DNA of 55,016 bases, the filler included, from Squatina squatina (taxonomy: Eukaryota): NCBI GenBank assembly GCA_031763465.1. It is 3 parts of 3 records of this genome, joined end to end, with 100 filler letters (N's around TTAATTAATTAA, not from the genome) between each part and the next. Parts side by side here need not be neighbours in the genome. Positions count along the whole stretch, not along the records: positions 1 to 27,987 come from JARFOE010000042.1; 2 more parts are not named here. One strand, 5' to 3'. Below the pieces are notes generated by a model. The model did not search any database, was not told the origin of the DNA, and saw only the letters and a list, made by a program, of their open reading frames with translations. Shown here piece by piece: positions 13,321-23,523 of the stretch. Position 1 is the stretch's first letter, and each line of letters starts with the position of its first letter. Both the position numbers and the translations under genes were made by a program.

Positions 13321-15540
13321 CCACATTTTCACCACTCCCTGTGGGAGCGAGTTCCACATTCTCACCACTCGCTGTGGGAGCGATTTACATATTCTCACCA
13401 CTCTCTGTGGGAGCAAGTTCCACATTCTCACCATTCCCTGCAGGAGCGGGTTCCACATTCTCACCACTCCCTGTGGGAGCGAGTTCCACATTCTCAGTAC
13501 TCCCAGAAAGAGCGAGTTCCACATCATCATCACTGCCTGTGGCAGCGCGTTCCACATTCTGACCACTCTCTGTAGTAGCGAGTTCCACATTCTCACTTCT
13601 CCCAGTGGAAGCGAGTTCCACATTCTCACTAATCTCTCTGGTAGCGAGTTCAAATTTCTCACCACTCCCTCTGGTAGCAAGTTCCACATTCACACCACTC
13701 CCTAGAGAAGCGAGTTCCACATTCTCATCAGTTCCGGTGGCAGCGAGTTCCACATTTTCACTACTCCCTGTGGGAGCAAGATCTACATTCCAACAACTCC
13801 CTGTGGCAGCGAATTCCACATTCTCACCACTCCCTGTGATAGCGAGTTCCACATTCTCACCATTCCATGTGGCAGCGAATTCCACATTCTCACTACTCCC
13901 CGTGAGAAAGAGATCTCACATTTTCATCACTCCCGGTGGGACGAGTTCCAGATTCTCACTTCTCTCCGTGGATGCGCGTTCCATTCTCACCCCTCCCTGT
14001 GGGAACGGGTTCCACATTCTCACCATTCCGTGTGGTACCGAGTTCCACATTCTCACTACTCCCTGTGGGAGCGAGTTCCACATTCTCACCATCCCTGAGG
14101 CAGCGATTTCCACATACTCATCGCTCCCTGTGGGAGCGAGTTCCACATTCTCACCACTCCCTGTGGGAGCGAGTTCCACATTCTCACCACTCCCCATGTT
14201 AGCGAGTTCCACATTCTCACCACTCCCTGTGGCAGCAATTTCAACATTCTCACCACTCCCTGTGGTAGCGAGTTCTACGTTCTCACCCCTCCCTGTGGGA
14301 ACGGGTTCCACATTCTCACCACTCCGTGTGGTAGCGAGTTCCACATTCTCACTACTCCCTGTGGGAACGGGTTCCACATTCTCACCACTCCCTGTGGTTG
14401 CGAGTTCCACATTCTCACCACTCCCCATGTTAGCGAGATCCACATTCTCACCATTCCCTGTGGGAGCGAATACCACATTCTCACTACTCCCCGTGGGAAA
14501 GACTTCCACATTTTCACCACTCCCTGTGGGAGCGAGTTCCACATTCTCACCACTCGCTGTGGGAGCGATTTACATATTCTCACCACTCTCTGTGGGAGCA
14601 AGTTCCACATTCTCACCATTCCCTGCGGGAGCGGGTTCCACATTCTCACCACTCTCTGTGGCAGCGAGTTCCACATTCTCACCTCTCCCTGTGGGAGCGA
14701 GTTCCACATTCTCACCACTCGCTGTGGGAGCGAGTTACATATTCTCACAACTCCCCTGTGTCGGCGAGTTCCACATGCACATCACTCCCTGTGGAAGCGA
14801 GTTCCACATTCTCACCACTCCCTGTGTGAATGACTTTCACATTCTCACCACTCCCTCTGGTAGCCAGTTCCAAATTCTCACTAATTCCTGTGGAAGCGAG
14901 TTCCACATTCTCACCAGTCCCTGTGGGAACAAGTTGCACATTCTCACCACTCCCTTTGGGAGCGAGTTCCACATTCTCAACACTTGCTGCAGCAGCGATT
15001 TTCACATTCTCACCAATCCCTGTGGTAGCGAGTTGCAAATTCTCACTACTCCCTGTGGTAGCGAGTTCCACATTCTCACCACTCCCTGTGGCAGCAATTT
15101 CAACATTATCACCACTCCCTGTGGTAGCGAGTTCCACGTTCTCACCCCTCCCTGTGGGAACGGGTTCCATATTCTCACCACTCCGTGTGGTAGCGAGTTC
15201 CACATTCTGACTGCTCCCTGTGGGAGCGAGTTCCACATTCTCACCACTCCCTGTGGGAGCGAGTTCCACATTCTCACCACTCCCTGAGGCAGCGAGTTCC
15301 ACATTCTCATCACTCCCTATGGGAGCGAGTTCCACATTCTCACCACTCGCTGTGGTTGCGAGTTCCACATTCTCACCACCCCCCATGTTAGCGAGATCCA
15401 CATTCTCACCATTCCCTGTGGGAGTGAGTTCCACATTCTCACTACTCCCCATGGGAAAGACTACCACATTTTCACCACTCCCTGTGGGAGCGAGTTCCAC
15501 ATTCTCACCACTCGCTGTGGGAGCGATTTACATATTCTCA
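13321..15540. repeat. 33-bp minisatellite (about 67 units) derived from CR1 LINE ORF2 3' region
   Basis: Unit TTCTCACCACTCCCTGTGGGAGCGAGTTCCACA; the minus strand reads VVRMWNSLPQG repeatedly; same sequence as 9002-9034 in a CR1 copy; fills a whole contig. Confidence 0.95.
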
Positions 15541-15640
15541 NNNNNNNNNNNNNNNNNNNNNNNNNNNNNNNNNNNNNNNNNNNNNNNNNNNNNNNNNNNN
15601 NNNNNNNNNNNNNNNNNNNNNNNNNNNNNNNNNNNNNNNN

Positions 15641-15985
15641 GGTAAATGCTGAGAGGATGTTTCCCCTCATGGGAGAGTCTAGGACCAGAGGGCATAATCT
15701 CAGAATAAGGGGGCGCCTATTTAAGACTGAGATAAGGAAGAATTTCTTCTCTGAGGGTTGAGTGTCTTTGGAATTCCTTGCCACAGAGAGCTGTGGAGGG
15801 TGAGTCTTTAAGTATATTGAAGGCCGAGATAGATAGATTTTGAGTCAGTAAGGGAATCAGGAGTTATGGGGAAAGGACAGGAAAGTGGACTTGAGGAATG
15901 TCAGATCAGCCTTGATCTTATTGCGGAGCAGGTTCGAGGGGCCGAGTGGCCTACTCTGGTTCCTATTTCTTATGGTCTTCTTATG
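15641..15985 (+). mobile_element. CR1 LINE 3' end
   Basis: gagtctaggaccagagggcataatctcagaataagg...ggccgagtggcctactctggttcctatttcttatgg terminus. Confidence 0.85.
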
Positions 15986-17632
15986 GATTGGAGCTCAGCC
16001 TCCGAGTGTGCGCACACACATTGTAATTATACAGGAAGCAGCATACCAATAATTTTACAACACAGCTAAATCAGGAGTGAATTATTAAATCTAAGTTGTT
16101 ATTTTAGAAATCCCTAAACAGTTCATATACTGTAACATGGGCTACTAACCTTGGCGATAGTAAAATTTTTTGCAGGACGTCCATTTGCAGATCTCGGAAA
16201 GCGGCCTCGTATCTTAGATGTACAATAAGATTTAGCTCCAACCATCTCTCACAGGCTTGTACCAGCTTTCCCTGGTTATACTGAATTAGAAACAGCAATT
16301 CAACAGTTGATTTAACAAACCTCATCAAGCAACAGCCCCATCTAGAGCCCTGAGAGCAATACACACTCATCTGAAAACAAATTAATCAAGAAATTAAAAT
16401 GCAATTTGTTCCTTGAAACAGATTTAGATTTTGTTACACTTTGTGCACAGAGGAAATTTTCCCTTGAGACTTGGAAACCTGATTTACTGCATAAGTCACA
16501 CCATCATATTGATAAACGGTAAATGCTGAGAGGCCTTGAATACAAAAACAAAAAGGTGATGGTGAATCTCGGCAAGGCATTGGTTCCTTGGAGAACTGTG
16601 CGCAGTTTTGAGCACCCAATTGTAGAAAAGATAGTGCTGCCATAACAAAGGTGCAATGTAGATTTACTAAAATGTAAAGATGACAGCATAAAGTCATGAC
16701 GAGACTTGAAAACTAAGGCCGTGCGCTCGAAGAGAAGGGTCTAGGAGAAGGTTTTAAAGTTTTGAACAGCTTTTGGGGCAAATAGTGAAAGTATTTCAAC
16801 TGGTAGTTAGAGTTATGTTATTAGAGTAGGCAACATATTGTCACAAGTGGTTATTAAATATTGTGAATAACTCTGCTTCAAGAGGGAATTGGATAGGCAT
16901 TTGAAGAGAATGATCGAAGGAAATATAGGGTTGCAATTTGTAGAATGGACACAAGGGTGACAGGCTGAATTTCTATGAACCCTGCCTCTTCCATGGATTA
17001 GTTTCCTTCCATCTTGTGATAGTTCAGCATAACGTCAATGGTCTTGAGAAACAGTGCTGCCTGGTGAAATGAAGCCATGTCCCCTTCAATCAATCAGATC
17101 CCCTCTCTCTTCTAAACTCTAATGAATACAGGCCCAGTCCTGCCATCCCAGGTATCTGGTGAATCTTCACTGCACTCCCTCTATGGCAAGTATATCCTTT
17201 CTTACGTAGGGAGACCAAGGCTGTATATAATTGTAATCTTTGCAGTACATCATCTCATTTTCCTACATAGCCTTGGCTGTAAAGCACTTTGAGGTTGTGA
17301 AAGGCACCATATAAATGCAATTTTTTTTCCTTTATTGAATAACAGCATGATCCTTCAAAGCTTTGTATTCTGAAGTTTTTAAAAGTATAGGCACTTTAAT
17401 AATCATTTTAGTGAAAGTCAGTTCCAGAATAATTGATGCCTTGTAAATCAGCCCAAATTGCAAGTACAATAATAAACACAGATCCCTGATGAAAGTCTCA
17501 CCTTCATCCTACACACAATTCACCCAGAGCTTCATTGGACTAAAATTCATTTACACAATGTAAAGACTGATCTGGAAATCAAAGAAGTCGTTCAAGATCA
17601 CAGACTGCTCTAAGACTCTGATGCAGCAGATT

Positions 17633-17755
17633 CTATGCTTCCGATTCTAAACCCTCTTCAGCTTTGTCTTGGTCTGCCTGTTGACCGAGTAGAAGGAACT
17701 TTCCGTCAGCACTGAGCTTTGTCGACTTCATGAGCATCGCTAAAGCTTTTGGGTC
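17633..17755 (-). CDS. Putative last coding exon of an unidentified gene
   Basis: Acceptor tgtttcag| then open frame DPKALAMLMKSTKLSADGKFLLLGQQADQDKAEEGLESEA-stop; downstream donor AAG|gtgaga at about 17501; non-repetitive; no homolog recognised. Confidence 0.3.
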   Translation of the reverse strand, partial: DPKALAMLMKSTKLSADGKFLLLGQQADQDKAEEGLESEA

Positions 17756-18887
17756 CTGAAACATAGAATTGTTTGGTTTTAAAAACTTGAATATGTTTGG
17801 TCCCAACTAGTCAAACTACAGCTTTTTAGCAGTACTTTGTAGTGTGCTCCAGTTACTGTACGGTACGAATCAAGCTGCACTGACTGTTCAGCCTGGGGAC
17901 AGATTTCTCTGGCTAATCTTTACACACAAGCACAAGATGGATCACTAGCGTATATCATACTGAACTCCAACTGTGAGAGTACTTTTAACATAGTAAAATG
18001 TACCAAGGTACTTCACAGGAGTGTAATCAGACAAAAATTGACACTGAGCCAAAGAAGGAGACATTAAAACAGGCAATGGTCACAGAGGTAGGTTTAGGGA
18101 AGGAATGCCAGAGCTCAGAGCCTAAGCAGTANNNNNNNNNNNNNNNNNNNNNNNNNNNNNNNNNNNNNNNNNNNNNNNNNNNNNNNNNNNNNNNNNNNNN
18201 NNNNNNNNNNNNNNNNNNNNNNNNNNNNNNNAATGGGCAAGCACATTGCTGTGGGTCTTGAGTCACATACAGGCCAGGCTGATTTCTGGGATGGAGGGGG
18301 GATTATCCCATGAGGATAGATTGAGTAGACTGGGCCTGTATTCTCTAGAGTTTGGAAGAATGAGAGGTTTAGAATCGGAGGGGGCCGGGCCGTGGGGATG
18401 CCGCCATTCGGATGAGACGTTAAACCGAGGCCCCATCTGCTCTCAGGTGGACGTACAAGATCCCACGACCACTATTACGACAAAGAGCAAGGGGGGGCGT
18501 TCTCCCCGGGGTCCTGGTGCTAATATATTTATCCCTCAATCAACATCACTAAAAACAGATGATCCGGGTCCTTGTGGGAGCTTGCTGTGCGCAAATTACA
18601 ACAGTGCAAAAGAAGTACTTAATTGGCTGTAAAGCCCTTTGGGACGTCTGGCGGTTGTGAAAGGCAATATATAAATGCAGGTGTGTCGTTCTTTATTCCC
18701 CTACACTCCATGTGGATACAAGGCCCACCTCCCTGCCTCAGTAGTCGGACAGTGCACAGCCCGTGACGCGCTGGTCCGTGCTGGAGTTCCCCATAAGGTG
18801 GGTTTCCCCCAACCCCACAGTGTCGCTGTCTGAGGCGCCGCTCTCCAACGCCACACCCGGTCACCTCCACCGCGAACCGGGCCTCAC

Positions 18888-19058
18888 CTGTATGAACTGT
18901 CTTGTGACTGGCCAGGTTCCCCTTGTAGCGAAACGCAGCCTGGCACATGTCGCACTTGTAGGGCTTCTCGTCGCTGTGAACCTGCAGGAAGTGACGCTGC
19001 ACCGACTCCTCGTCCAGGAACTTCAGCTCGCAGGTGCTGCAGGAGAAGAGGCCGTTCT
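18888..19058 (-). CDS. BCL6B: BCL6-family BTB-zinc-finger exon (ZF1-ZF2), probably BCL6B
   Basis: tttcttgcag|AG AAC...ACA G|gtgagg, 171 nt, phase 1-1; ENGLFSCSTCELKFLDEESVQRHFLQVHSDEKPYKCDMCQAAFRYKGNLASHKTVHTG; FRYKGNLASH is the BCL6/BCL6B signature; ZF1 divergence from BCL6 and co-scaffolding with GABARAP favour BCL6B (inference). Confidence 0.75.
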
Positions 19059-19104
19059 CTGCAAGAAAGCAATACCGTTTCAACCAACACCTTACCGGCC
19101 ATTT

Positions 19105-19505
19105 AATGGGACTGCGTTCCCTGGAGTTCAGCAGAACGAGAGGTGATCTCAAGGAAACGTACAAGATTCTGAGGGGGACTGATGGGGTAGATGCTGAGAG
19201 GCTGTTTCCCCCTGGCTGGAGAGTCTAGAACCAGGGGTCNNNNNNNNNNACAGTCTCAGAATAAGGGGTCGGCCATTTAGGACTGAGATGAGGAGAAATC
19301 TCTTCACTCAGAGAGGGCTGTGGAGACTCAATCATTGATCATAGTCAAGGCTGAGATGGAGAGATTTTTGGACTCTTGGGGAATCGGGGATTGGGCGGGA
19401 AAGTGGAGTTGAGGTCGAAGATCGGCCATGATCTTGTTGAATGGTGGAGCAGGCTCAAAGGGCCGAATAGCCGACTCCTGCTCCTAATTCTTATGTTCTT
19501 ATGTC
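19105..19505 (+). mobile_element. CR1 LINE 3' end in the BCL6B intron
   Basis: SLEFSRTRGDLKETYKIL...; ends ...gactcctgctcctaattcttatgttcttatg. Confidence 0.85.
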
Positions 19506-20124
19506 TTGAGGGATAAATATTGGCCCCAGGATACCGGGGAGAACACTCCTGCTCTTTTTCGAAATAGCAGCCGTGGGACCTTTTACGGCCACCTGAGAGA
19601 GTACACTTTCCCTCGGCTTAGTGTCTCATCAGAAAGACGGNNNNNNNNNNNNNNNNNNNNNNNNNNNNNNNNNNNNNNNNNNNNNNNNNNNNNNNNNNNN
19701 NNNNNNNNNNNNNNNNNNNNNNNNNNNNNNNNNNNNNNNNTGGAGGAAGTACAACAAGAGGTGCATTACAAATTTTGGGTCGACATGAGATATTTCTGGG
19801 CTCGGCATCAACAATCTTCCTGTGAGTAGTCCTCGGTTTTACGACAATCAGTTTACCTTTGCTGCCCCATATCGAATCATATAATAGCATGGCTCTGGAG
19901 TCATGACAGATATCCCTTGCTGTGTGCACTGGATAGCATAAACTCACATGTGTCCTCCAGTACATTTCTCCCTGTCTGATGAAGGCAGTCTGATGAACAC
20001 TGTCGTAAAGTGAGGTTAATTGTAAAGCAACAAGCTGCTTTATTGTGTGCGCAATATGTGAACAAACAATAAAGTTTTTACAGAAGCGAAATCAATAAAG
20101 TTTTTAACTGAATTTCAGTTTGTT

Positions 20125-20541
20125 CCTGTGATGTGGGCATCCCTGGCAAGGCCAGCATTTATTGCCCATCCTTAATTGCCCCTGAAAAGGTGGTGATGAT
20201 TCGCCTTCTTGAACCGCTGCAGTCTGTGTGGTGAAGATACTCCCGCAGTGCTGTTAGGAAGGGAGTTCCATGATTTTGACCCAGCGACGATGAAGGAATA
20301 TGGTGTGTTCCGTGGAGCAGAACTTGGAAGTGATGGTGTTCCCATGCGCCTGCTGCCCTTGTCCTTCGAGGAGGCAGAAGTCGTGGGTTTGGAAGGTGCT
20401 GTTGAACAACCCTTAGCGAGTTGCTGCAGCGCATCTTGTAGATGATGCACACTGCAGCCATGGTGTCGGTGGTGTCAGGAGTGAATGTTTAAGGTGGTGG
20501 ATGGGTTGCTTTGTCCTAGATGGTGTTGAGCTTCTTGTGTT
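20125..20541 (-). mobile_element. Family-B LINE 3' end
   Basis: Minus frame ...SFIVAGSKSWNSLPNS...LQRFKKANHHHLFRGN-stop followed by the conserved tail. Confidence 0.8.
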
Positions 20542-21495
20542 NNNNNNNNNNNNNNNNNNNNNNNNNNNNNNNNNNNNNNNNNNNNNNNNNNNNNNNNNNN
20601 NNNNNNNNNNNNNNNNNNNNNNNNNNNNNNNNNNNNNNNNNCTGTTATTTTGCTCCTGTATAACCAATGTAAAGCCAATATAAGGGCTGGTTACCAAGCA
20701 ACAATTTAAAATTTCATGCAAAATCCCCCAGACTCTTGAGAACCATATCGAAATCAATAGTGACTTCAGCACAAAACCCATCATAAAGAGCAAATGTGAT
20801 CTGACATTGTAAGAGCTTCTAGTCTGTGCAGGAATAAATCATTAGCTGACAAAACCATGAACGATGATCTGAGAGGGAGGTTCAGTGTTTTAGACATAAA
20901 CAGAATCCCTCGTGTGTGGTTTTGCTGCCCTGTCCCACAATTCCTCAGGCTCCAAAAGTCCCCCCCGAATGATCAGAGAAAGTATTGAGCCCCGAGCGCT
21001 CTCCTCATTTTAAAACTCCGCGTAAGAGTTGGGAAGCAACGTGGCACAAGCATATTCAAAAGATAGAACGCTGCAACATTACAGCACAGAAGGAATCCTG
21101 TTCAGCCACCTTGTCTGTGCTCTGAATCATAGTACGCAGAAGTAGGCCATTCGGTTATTTTGTGTCTGTGCCAGCTCTCTGAAGGATTATATGAATGTTC
21201 ACCTTCCCTTTTAAATGCTCCTTTTCACAAGCAGGGACGAATATTTTTAAATTTACTGTTGACTAACCTATGAGAAGGGCCAAGGCCCAAAGTCCAGGAC
21301 ACCAGCACATTTGAGAAGCGTAGAAGAGGAGGTCAGGTAAATGATGTAAGCTGTGATTAGGTAAAATTATTCAGGTAAATGAAGAAGTTAAGAGTAGAGG
21401 ACTGCACAAAGAGTTTGATTTTAACAAATAAAATGGTCTCATTCTCTCAGATCCATGGCTGGTGCCACCAGAGAACATGGCAGAAAACACTTGTG

Positions 21496-21808
21496 GTGTC
21501 AGCCATGGCTCAGTGAGCAGCACTCTCATCTCTGCGTCACAAGGTCATGGGTTCAAGTCTCACTCCATAGACTTGAGCACAAAAACCTAGTCTGACGCTC
21601 CAGTGCAGTGCTGAGGGAGCGCTGCGTTGTTGGAGGTGCTGTCTTTCAGATGAGATGTTAAACCGAGGTCCCATCTGCTCTCTCAGGTGGACATAAAAGA
21701 TCCCACTGTACTATTCTGAAAAAGAGCATGGGATTATCCACGGTGCCCTGGCCAATATTTATCCCTCACTCAACATTGCAAATAAAAACAGATTATCTGG
21801 TCATTATT
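21496..21808 (+). mobile_element. DeuSINE, 3'-truncated
   Basis: A-box tggctcagtgag, B-box ggttcaagtct, Deu core; other partial copies at about 4780-4975(+), 18385-18695(+), 19505-19640(-), 22334-22690(-), 30790-31115(-), 32928-33122(-). Confidence 0.8.
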
Positions 21809-21844
21809 AGAAAAAGTTGGTGGAGTACAGGCTCAACCAAGAAA

Positions 21845-22224
21845 ATAGGCATAGACATAGAAAATAGGAGCAGGAGTAGGCCATTCGGCCCTTTGGGCCT
21901 GCTCCGCCATTCAATATGATCCTGGCTGATCATCCAACTTCAGTACCCTTTTCGCGCTTTCTCCCCATATCCCTTGATCCCTTTAGCATTAAGAAATCTA
22001 TCTAGCTCCTTCTTGAATATATTTAATGACTTGGCCTCCACTGCCTTCTCTGGTAGAGAATTCCACAGGTTCACCACTCTCTGAGTGAAGAAAGTTCTCC
22101 TCATCTCAGTCCTAAATGGCTTACCCCATATCCTTAGACTGTGACCTCTGGTTCTGGACTCCCCAGCCATCGGGAACATCCTTCCTGCATCTAGTCTGTC
22201 TAGTCCTGTTAGAATTTTATAGGT
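21845..22224 (-). mobile_element. Relatively young CR1 3' end
   Basis: Open frame TYKILTGLDRLDAGRMFP...RTRGHSLRI...FFTQRVVNLWNSLP...KELDRFL...KGYG. Confidence 0.9.
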
Positions 22225-23523
22225 NNNNNNNNNNNNNNNNNNNNNNNNNNNNNNNNNNNNNNNNNNNNNNNNNNNNNNNNNNNNNNNNNNNNNNNNNNNN
22301 NNNNNNNNNNNNNNNNNNNNNNNNCTCTCCAAGGCATTTATACAGTGCCTTTTACATCATCAGGACTTCCCAAAGCACTTTACAGCCAATGAAGTACTTT
22401 TGAAGTGTAGTCACTGTTGTAATGTGGGGAACACGACAGCCAATTTGTGCACAGCAAGCTCCCACAAACAACAATCAGATTAATGACCAGATCATCTGTT
22501 TTTAGTGTTGTTGGTTGAGGGATAAATATTGGCTCCAGAAAAACGGGGATCTTTTATGTCCATCTGACAGAGCAGTTTAATGTCTCATTGAATAGATCCC
22601 ACCCCAGTACTGCAGCACGCTCTCAGTAGTGCATTGGAGTATCAAGTCCTTGAGTGGGGCTTGAACTCAGAGTGCCAATACTGAACCAGGAAATAGACTA
22701 GAATTAGAAAAGACCATCTAGCCCATTCCTTCCACTGATTTGGCCTATCATGAACACCATCCAGCCCACTCAATCTTTCAAAGGACACATCAACACAGGC
22801 GAAAGCTCTAAAAAGATGTATATCTCTGTGAAATCTATTCCCAACCCCTGAGGATACCTGAGGAAACTCCCATGCTATCTATTGCACTGCAAAACTACAC
22901 TATTCAGACAGTACTGTTGCACAGATGACACATTTGTGTTACAGCAACACAGGGACTATTGTGTTCTGTAGACCATTGATCTTTATCCTTGTAGTCCTCA
23001 ATCATAAGCCTAAAATGGATATTTAGCCAGCTCTTCAAAAGACACCTCACTCAACAAGCTTTTAAAACAGTATTTCTCTGGATTTGGGTGTCGCTGACAA
23101 GGCCAGCATTTATTGCCCATCCCTAGTTACTCTTGAGAAGGTGGTGGTGAGCCGCCTTCTTGAACCGCTGCATTGCATGCGGTGAAGCTGCTCCCCCAGT
23201 GCTGTTAGGGAGGGAGTTTTTATTCTTTATAGCAGTTTGANNNNNNNNNNNNNNNNNNNNNNNNNNNNNNNNNNNNNNNNNNNNNNNNNNNNNNNNNNNN
23301 NNNNNNNNNNNNNNNNNNNNNNNNNNNNNNNNNNNNNNNNCTGATATCAGAAAATAAAGCTTACCTTTGCTTTCAAGTGACCTGTCTGGAGTCTGTCAAT
23401 TTTAAAGACCCCTAACAAGACACTAGCATCTTCCCCAAGACCGATGTCAGGCTAACTGGTCTATAATTCCCCGTTTTTTCTCTCCCTCCTTTTTTAAAAA
23501 GTGGGGTTGAATTAGCTACCCTC

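Noticed and set aside
13321-15540. CRISPR array or 560-aa mucin-like gene
   Set aside because: Units are head-to-tail with no unique spacers and no cas genes; the ORFs arise because a stop-free 33-bp CR1-derived unit is repeated; no splice or start context
19741-19821. Exon fragment ending at a gtgagt donor
   Set aside because: 5' end lost in a gap, frame ambiguous, no recognisable protein
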